NCBI GenBank assembly: GCA_963783305.1
Contig: CAWAMW010000002.1
Location: forward strand, 128,001 to 192,000
Origin: an uncultured Gemmatimonadales bacterium
GTDB lineage: Bacteria > Gemmatimonadota > Gemmatimonadetes > Longimicrobiales > RSA9
DNA: 64,000 nt
Direction of reading: 5' to 3'
Part shown: piece after piece, positions 58,495-64,000 of the stretch
Position numbering within the stretch: the stretch's first letter is position 1
How the letters are laid out: every line of letters starts with the position of its first letter
Made by a program: the position numbers and the translations under genes
Notes under the pieces: generated by a model
Databases searched by the model: none
Told to the model about the DNA's origin: nothing
Seen by the model: the letters and a program-made list of their open reading frames with translations, nothing else

Positions 58495-59296
58495 CCCCGG
58501 GGTTGTAGTCTTTCTGGGCGGTGGGCAAAGTCCGGCTGTAACTCGGCCTGGTTTCGAGAAATGCCTTCGTGATCATCGGCTCGGCGAAGATCATCTCCCC
58601 GTCCCAGGATCCGTAAACGAAAGTCTCGGTGAAGGTCGCGCCGCCCAGCTCGGGGCTGGTCAGGCCATCCAGTGCACGCCCAACCGCGGGACCGCGATCT
58701 CGGCAGGCGCTACTCCGGGGGGGCCGGCCGGGATGTAGTTCGTCGGGATGTACTCGGCCGCGGGGACGTTGTTCGCCTTCTGCGCCCACAGGGGATCCGA
58801 GGGATCGATCGTGTTCCGCTTCTCCAGCGAGATGGTGTAGAAGTGGAAGTCGAAGTGCGGCAGATCGTAGATCCCGGGGGGCTCGTGACCCTGCGGGTTC
58901 CAGTTCAGCTCTACGAACTGGTAGGGGGTGGGGTTCTGCGGGTGCATCTTCAGCAGGTACTCGTTGTAGCGGGCGTGCGTGCCATCCGAATGGCCGCTAC
59001 CGGCAGGTAGCCCGCGGAGAGCCGATTCGGAGAGCGCCACGCCCACCTCCACCGTAGCGCCGTTCTCCAGCGTGAAGTAGCTGCGCGCGATTCCATCGCC
59101 CAGCTTGACGGCGGCTCCGTAGAAGGTGCCCTGCCGTGGTCCAGTGGATCGGGAGGCGCTGCCCTCGGGCTCGAGCACCGCCCGCTCCGACTCGCAGGCT
59201 GCGAGCACCGACAGCGCAGCCGCGCCGTCCGTGCCAGCCGCCGTGAAAGACCGCGGGCGGCAGAGCCGAACCTGCCAGGGGCTTGCTTCTCGACAT
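58495..59296 (-). pseudogene. DUF5602/TTHB210-like lipoprotein, frameshifted and 3'-truncated
   Basis: LAAC lipobox; WNPQGHEPPGIYDLPHFDFHFY; VPRLGVHW, then shifted frame FTETFVYGSWDGEMIFAEPMIT. Confidence 0.72.
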
Positions 59297-59527
59297 GCAT
59301 GGGTTTCCTCCGGGTGAAAATGAGATCGTCGTGATGCAGTAGCTGCGTATGCACGGTCCGCAGCGCTGCAGCTCGGGAGAACGGTGCGTGGCAGGGGTCA
59401 ACGACGGATTAATCGAGCCTGGCCGGTTGCGGCCCTTCCGATCGGCGCGGATCTTTCGATCTCGTTGACGAGGTTCGACGATCGATGCCGAAGCTCGATG
59501 CTCGCTGCTCGCTGAGAGGGAGGCGCT

Positions 59528-61282
59528 GTGGTTCTCGGAAAGCTCCGCGGTCGGGGTGGGATCCTGTCGCGGCGGGAGCAGGAGCTGCGCGACCGTGAGT
59601 CGGAGCTGCTGGAGCGGCTCGAGGCGGCTCTCGCCGCGTTCGACGATGCGGCGGGGGACGACCTGGCCCACTTACACCGTGCCCGTGCGCAGCTCGACCA
59701 GCTCTTCCTGCTGGTGGTGGCGGGCGAGTTCAACAGCGGCAAGTCGAGCTTCATCAACGCGCTGATCGGGGAGCGGGTGCTGCCGGAGGGGGTGACGCCC
59801 ACCACCGATCGGATCACGCTGCTCCGCTGGGCGGAGGAGGCGGAAGAGAAGGCGGTGGAGTCATTCGTGATCCACCGGACGCACCCGGCCGAGGTGCTGC
59901 GAGAGCTGAACATCGTGGACACGCCCGGGACCAACGCGGTGATCCGTCGTCACGAGGAGCTGACCCGCGAGTTCGTGCCGCGCTCGGACCTGGTGCTCTT
60001 CGTCACCTCCGCCGACCGCCCGTTCACCGAGACGGAGCGGGTGTTCCTGGAGCACATCCGGGAGTGGGGCAAGAAGGTGGTGGTGGTCATCAACAAGATC
60101 GACATCCTCGAGTCGGACGCGGACCGCGATGAGGTGATGGCGTTCGTCCGCCGGAACGCGGCGGAGCTGCTGGGGCGGGAGCCCGAGGTGTTCGCGCTCT
60201 CGGCGCGGCGGGCGCTCCGGGCGCTGGAGGAGGAGGACGCGTCGCTCTGGACGGAAAGCGGGTTTGACGGCGTCCAGACGTACCTTCTGGAGACGCTGGA
60301 CGAGGAGGAGCGGGTCCGGCTCAAGCTGCTCAACCCGCTGAACGTGGGGCTCCGCCTCGCCGGCCAGTACAAAACGGTTGCCTTCGACCGGCTCAAGGTG
60401 CTGTCGGCGGACATCGAGGCGATCCAGGACATCGACCGTCAGCTCACGGCCTACCACCAGGACATGCTGGAAGACCTCGAGGGGCGGCTGGCGAAGATCG
60501 ACGCGCTGCTGCTGGAGATGGAGCGACGCGGAGCCGCGTTCTTCGAGGAGACGATCCGGATCGGCCGGATCAAGTCGCTCATGGACAGTGACGCGCTGCG
60601 CCGGGATTTCGAGGCCCGGGTCATCGGGGAGACGCCGGAGCGGATCGAGGAGGAGGCGACCCGGGTCGTGGACTGGATCGTGGAGCGGAACCTGGAGGTC
60701 TGGCGGGACGTGGAGCGGTACATCGATCGGCGGCAGGCGGAGGCGCCGGACGACGCGCGCCGGGGCTCGGGCGGGTTCCAGTACAACCGCCAGGCGCTGC
60801 TGGACTCCATCGGCCGTGTTGCCGAGGGAGTGCTCGGCACGTACAACCGGGAGGAGGAGGCCCGGAAAATCGCCAACGAGGTGCAGGGGACGTTCACGGC
60901 CACCGCGCTGGCGGAGGTCGGCGCGGTGGGCCTCGGGGCCCTGGTCGCCACGCTCATTTCGGGCGCGGCCGCCGACGTAACCGGGACGCTGCTGGCCGTG
61001 ACGCTGGCCGTGGGCGGCTTCTACCTGATCCCCCGCAAGCGGCGGCAGGCGAAGGAGCGATTCGCCGAGCGGATCCAGGCGCTCCGGGAGCAGCTGTCGG
61101 GCGCGCTGGAACGGCAGGCCCACCAGGAGATCACTCGCGCCGCCGAGACCATCGAGGAAACGATGGCGCCCTACCGACGGTTCGTGGAGACCCAGCGGGA
61201 GTCGCTGGAGCAGGCGCGGGCGGAGCTGGCGGCGGTGGAGTCGTCGCTCGACCGGCTGCGGGTGGAGGTCGAGCGGACCTGA
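59528..61282 (+). CDS. Bacterial dynamin-like GTPase (FZL-like)
   Basis: G1 GEFNSGKSS, G2 GVTPTT, G3 DTPG, G4 NKID; helical stalk and hydrophobic hairpin near the C-terminus. Confidence 0.9.
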   Translation: MVLGKLRGRGGILSRREQELRDRESELLERLEAALAAFDDAAGDDLAHLHRARAQLDQLFLLVVAGEFNSGKSSFINALIGERVLPEGVTPTTDRITLLRWAEEAEEKAVESFVIHRTHPAEVLRELNIVDTPGTNAVIRRHEELTREFVPRSDLVLFVTSADRPFTETERVFLEHIREWGKKVVVVINKIDILESDADRDEVMAFVRRNAAELLGREPEVFALSARRALRALEEEDASLWTESGFDGVQTYLLETLDEEERVRLKLLNPLNVGLRLAGQYKTVAFDRLKVLSADIEAIQDIDRQLTAYHQDMLEDLEGRLAKIDALLLEMERRGAAFFEETIRIGRIKSLMDSDALRRDFEARVIGETPERIEEEATRVVDWIVERNLEVWRDVERYIDRRQAEAPDDARRGSGGFQYNRQALLDSIGRVAEGVLGTYNREEEARKIANEVQGTFTATALAEVGAVGLGALVATLISGAAADVTGTLLAVTLAVGGFYLIPRKRRQAKERFAERIQALREQLSGALERQAHQEITRAAETIEETMAPYRRFVETQRESLEQARAELAAVESSLDRLRVEVERT

Positions 61283-61356
61283 ATCCAAGCACCCCACCGC
61301 GAGAGCAGGGGTGTCCACCATCTCGATGGCTCCTCCCGACAGGCCCGCCCACGGGC

Positions 61357-62748
61357 TCAGTCGAAGCCGAACAGCGGCGGAAACAGGAACGCCACCACCG
61401 CCGCCCAGCCGGCGATGACGTATAGATAATTCATCTCCCATCTCCACAGCCGCGTGAATGCCCCGCCGCGGCGGAGGAAGCGGAGGTAGAGGACGGCCGC
61501 GCCGGCCAGGTTGACCAGGAGGACCACGTTCATGCCGAGGGCCGCGATCCGGTTGGGTGTGAAGCCGAAGTCCGAGATCCGACTCCCGATGGCCCAGAGC
61601 GCGAGGAAATCGACGCCCAGGGCAGCTCCGACGAGCGTCAGCTGGAGCCAGTCGAAGAGCGCGGGCGGCGCCAGGGGCTCGCGGGCCGAGATCGAATACA
61701 GGAGCAGTCCGAAGACCACCACGAGCAGCAAGTCGACGGCGATGAGGATCTCGCGCTCCACATCGATCCCTCGCCCGGTCAACGCCATGGTCAGCACGAA
61801 GGCGAGGAGCACGAGGGCGAAGAGGGGGATGAAGATGCGGGCGAGGACGGGCGCCATGTTCTCGATGACGCTCTGCTTGGCTTCGACGAGCCACGTCGCG
61901 ACGACGGTGGCGCCAGCGAAGCCGCACGGCAGGATCCAGTTCTGAACGAAGAGCTCGACCTCGAGCCCGATGGCCTCGAAGAGGACGAAGGTCAGACCGA
62001 TCAGCACCGCGCCACCCAGGCCCATCAGCACGAAGTAGATGAACAGCTCACCCGTAAACCGGATGAAGTCCATCCGTCTCTCGCTCCCCCGCCAGCGCCC
62101 CCCTACGTAGGCCACCCCCACGGCCAGCCAGAGCGCGATGGGCAGGTGGAGGATGGTCAGGATCGCCGTATCGGGCTCGTCGCCCGCGGACGCCAACGGG
62201 TAGACGTTCAAGACGACCGCGGCCAGCACGAACGCTGCAGCCAGCCCCAGCCCGATCGCTCTCGGAAGCGGCCGTTCCCACGCGAAGTACGCGACGATGA
62301 ACGGGAGGGTGAAGAAGGCGATGTTGAGAGGGAAGAAGAGCGTCTGGTCGGGGTCGAACGGGATCCCGAAGAGGCTGGGGACCTTGATCGCCACCGCCGC
62401 CGCCCCGGCCAGAGCCAACGCCACCCACATCCTGCGCGAGCCGTAGGCCGACGACGCATCAACGCCGTATCCCCCGTCGCCCGAGAGGACGAGCTGCTTC
62501 CACAGCCGTTCGGAGTGCTCCCGTGCGAACTCCCTCGACAGCGCGTCCAGGTCGCCCATCCGCTTCACCGCTACCAGGAAAGCCTCGTCCGTGGCGAGTC
62601 CGGAATCCACCAGAGCCGCCACCTGCTCGCGCAGATGGTCCTCCAACTCCGCCGCGTCGCCCGGCTCGATGGCCTGACGACGACGCAGGTAGTTCCGCCA
62701 CTGCTCGATCTGCTCCTCGAGCGCCCCATCGTGCTGGACGTCCGACAT
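61357..62748 (-). CDS. Permease-prefix-domain-1 multi-TM membrane protein
   Basis: ELEDHLR...GL..DEAF.VAVKRMG prefix domain; GFTPNRIAALG.N. Confidence 0.82.
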   Translation of the reverse strand: MSDVQHDGALEEQIEQWRNYLRRRQAIEPGDAAELEDHLREQVAALVDSGLATDEAFLVAVKRMGDLDALSREFAREHSERLWKQLVLSGDGGYGVDASSAYGSRRMWVALALAGAAAVAIKVPSLFGIPFDPDQTLFFPLNIAFFTLPFIVAYFAWERPLPRAIGLGLAAAFVLAAVVLNVYPLASAGDEPDTAILTILHLPIALWLAVGVAYVGGRWRGSERRMDFIRFTGELFIYFVLMGLGGAVLIGLTFVLFEAIGLEVELFVQNWILPCGFAGATVVATWLVEAKQSVIENMAPVLARIFIPLFALVLLAFVLTMALTGRGIDVEREILIAVDLLLVVVFGLLLYSISAREPLAPPALFDWLQLTLVGAALGVDFLALWAIGSRISDFGFTPNRIAALGMNVVLLVNLAGAAVLYLRFLRRGGAFTRLWRWEMNYLYVIAGWAAVVAFLFPPLFGFD

Positions 62749-62751
62749 CTC

Positions 62752-63141
62752 TCAGGCTCCCTCTGGAAGTGGCGAGGCCGAAGCCGGATGACAGGCCGGA
62801 ACCGGAAGGCAGAGCGCGTTCCAGATACCACGCAGCGTGGCGTCCACCGCCCGCCACTGCTCGCGCTCCTCAGCGAGCTGGGCCTCCCCTTCCGCGGTGA
62901 TGCCGTAGTATTTCCGACGACGTCCGTTCTCCGCCACAACCCAGCGCGCCTTCACGTATCCCAGCCGCTCAAGCCAATGCAGCACCGGGTACAGCATCCC
63001 GTCCGTCCACTCCATCCGCCCGTCAGAAAGCTCCCGGACCCGCTGGAGGATGGCGTACCCATAGCTGTCGTCCTCGGCCAGGATCGCCAGTACGATCGGG
63101 GTCGATGAAGCGGCAATCAGGTCCTTGTTGATCTCCATCAT
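62752..63141 (-). CDS. PadR family transcriptional regulator
   Basis: SYGYAI, GMLYPVL..LE..GYV, RRRKYY.IT.EG. Confidence 0.92.
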   Translation of the reverse strand: MMEINKDLIAASSTPIVLAILAEDDSYGYAILQRVRELSDGRMEWTDGMLYPVLHWLERLGYVKARWVVAENGRRRKYYGITAEGEAQLAEEREQWRAVDATLRGIWNALCLPVPACHPASASPLPEGA

Positions 63142-63197
63142 TTCCGCACCCCTCCCCCCTGGAATCGGGCCATGGAATCACATACCTAGCGGCACTA

Positions 63198-63216
63198 TAC
63201 ATTACAGATCTATGTA
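63198..63216. promoter_or_regulatory. Inverted repeat upstream of padR (candidate autoregulatory site)
   Basis: TACAT-N9-ATGTA in an AT-rich patch. Confidence 0.55.
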
Positions 63217-63387
63217 CGACAAGGTGGGGGTGGGATCGCGAGCCGCCAACTCGAGGTCGCAGCGCGCCCGGCCCGCCGTCCTTCCCGCCAGCCGAGAGCG
63301 CCGGCTAACCGCCGTCCACTGGCTGGCGGTGTGAACCGGGTAGCGTTGGAAGGGCGGTGCCGAGGCCGGTTGGCCACGGCCCGTCCA

Positions 63388-63786
63388 CTAGCGGGTCTTG
63401 ATCACGATGGCTCCCGCCACACCGCGCGAGCCGAGACCGGGCAGCTGTGCGACCGCTTCGGATGTGTCCAGATACCGCAGCGAGGTGGCGACGTCGGGGC
63501 TCAGGTTGCGGAGTTCCTCGGGTCCGCCGAGGAAGCTCTGCTCCATGTACACGACGATGCCGTAGCTGCCACCCGCGAGGCTGCCGGGGGAGCGGTTGGA
63601 GAGCCAGCGAGGGCGGAGTCGGCTGACGACATCGTACAGATTCGTGACGTCGCGACTGACTTCCGCCAGCTCTTCAGCGGTGATCCGGTTCGCCGACGTC
63701 CTGGGACCGCGTGACTCCGCGGACGCGCAGGCCGCGGCGGACCCCAGGACGAGAAGCGCGAGTGCGGCGAAGCGAATGGTTTTCAT
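63388..63786 (-). CDS. Small lipoprotein resembling an isolated TonB-receptor plug domain
   Basis: AAAC lipobox; ITAEEL...NLYDVVSRLRPRWL...GAIVIKTR. Confidence 0.75.
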   Translation of the reverse strand: MKTIRFAALALLVLGSAAACASAESRGPRTSANRITAEELAEVSRDVTNLYDVVSRLRPRWLSNRSPGSLAGGSYGIVVYMEQSFLGGPEELRNLSPDVATSLRYLDTSEAVAQLPGLGSRGVAGAIVIKTR

Positions 63787-63933
63787 GCGGATCTCCAAGT
63801 GTTTTGCAGTTCGACCGGTACATTCATGTGACTTCCTACTCCCTGGGAAGGTTGCCGGGTCCAAGCGGGAGCGCCATGTGCGGTCGTCGTGACTCGGAGC
63901 GCCAGCACGGGGGACGGTGTGCGGCGATGACGG

Positions 63934-64000
63934 CTAGCTGCCCACCAGGAAGAGCGCGCCGGCGAGGCCCAGGCCGATGATGAGCTTGGTCCAGCTGAAA
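63934..64000 (-). CDS. C-terminal end of a membrane protein continuing beyond the window
   Basis: FSWTKLIIGLGLAGALFLVGS followed by a stop. Confidence 0.5.
   Translation of the reverse strand, partial: FSWTKLIIGLGLAGALFLVGS

Noticed and set aside
1..64000. CRISPR arrays, IS elements, integrases, reverse transcriptases, rRNA
   Set aside because: No regularly spaced repeats, and no transposase, recombinase, RT or rRNA signatures were seen by eye.

Overview
High-GC bacterial chromosomal window. Gemmatimonadota-like origin is inferred from SusC/SusD, PEP-CTERM proteins and the lipoprotein style. Left to right: (1) the 3' end of a GGDEF gene; (2) a ~7.1 kb integrase-less island bounded by an exact 53-bp direct repeat that duplicates the 3' end of a Zn-dependent alcohol dehydrogenase gene, with three of its four cargo genes broken; (3) a TetR-headed minus-strand operon with a non-canonical KAS III, two acyl-CoA ligases, a Na+/solute symporter, MaoC, a TonB-dependent receptor and a PHB-depolymerase-type esterase; (4) an aldo/keto reductase, M28 and M8 peptidases and a SusC/SusD locus; (5) an unusual tricarboxylate cluster with an HD-fold protein, PrpD/MmgE, fungal-type homoaconitase, a homoisocitrate-dehydrogenase-like enzyme, a CitD-CitE fusion and CitF, which is the best candidate here for an undescribed pathway; (6) eight tandem prepilin genes plus a ninth nearby; (7) heme o synthase, a PEP-CTERM gene and pntAAB; (8) tRNA-Pro(GGG) followed by a decayed accessory patch; (9) a dynamin-like GTPase, a PadR regulator with a membrane protein, and a plug-like lipoprotein. 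All calls come from motif reading and recall of protein families. No database searches were run.
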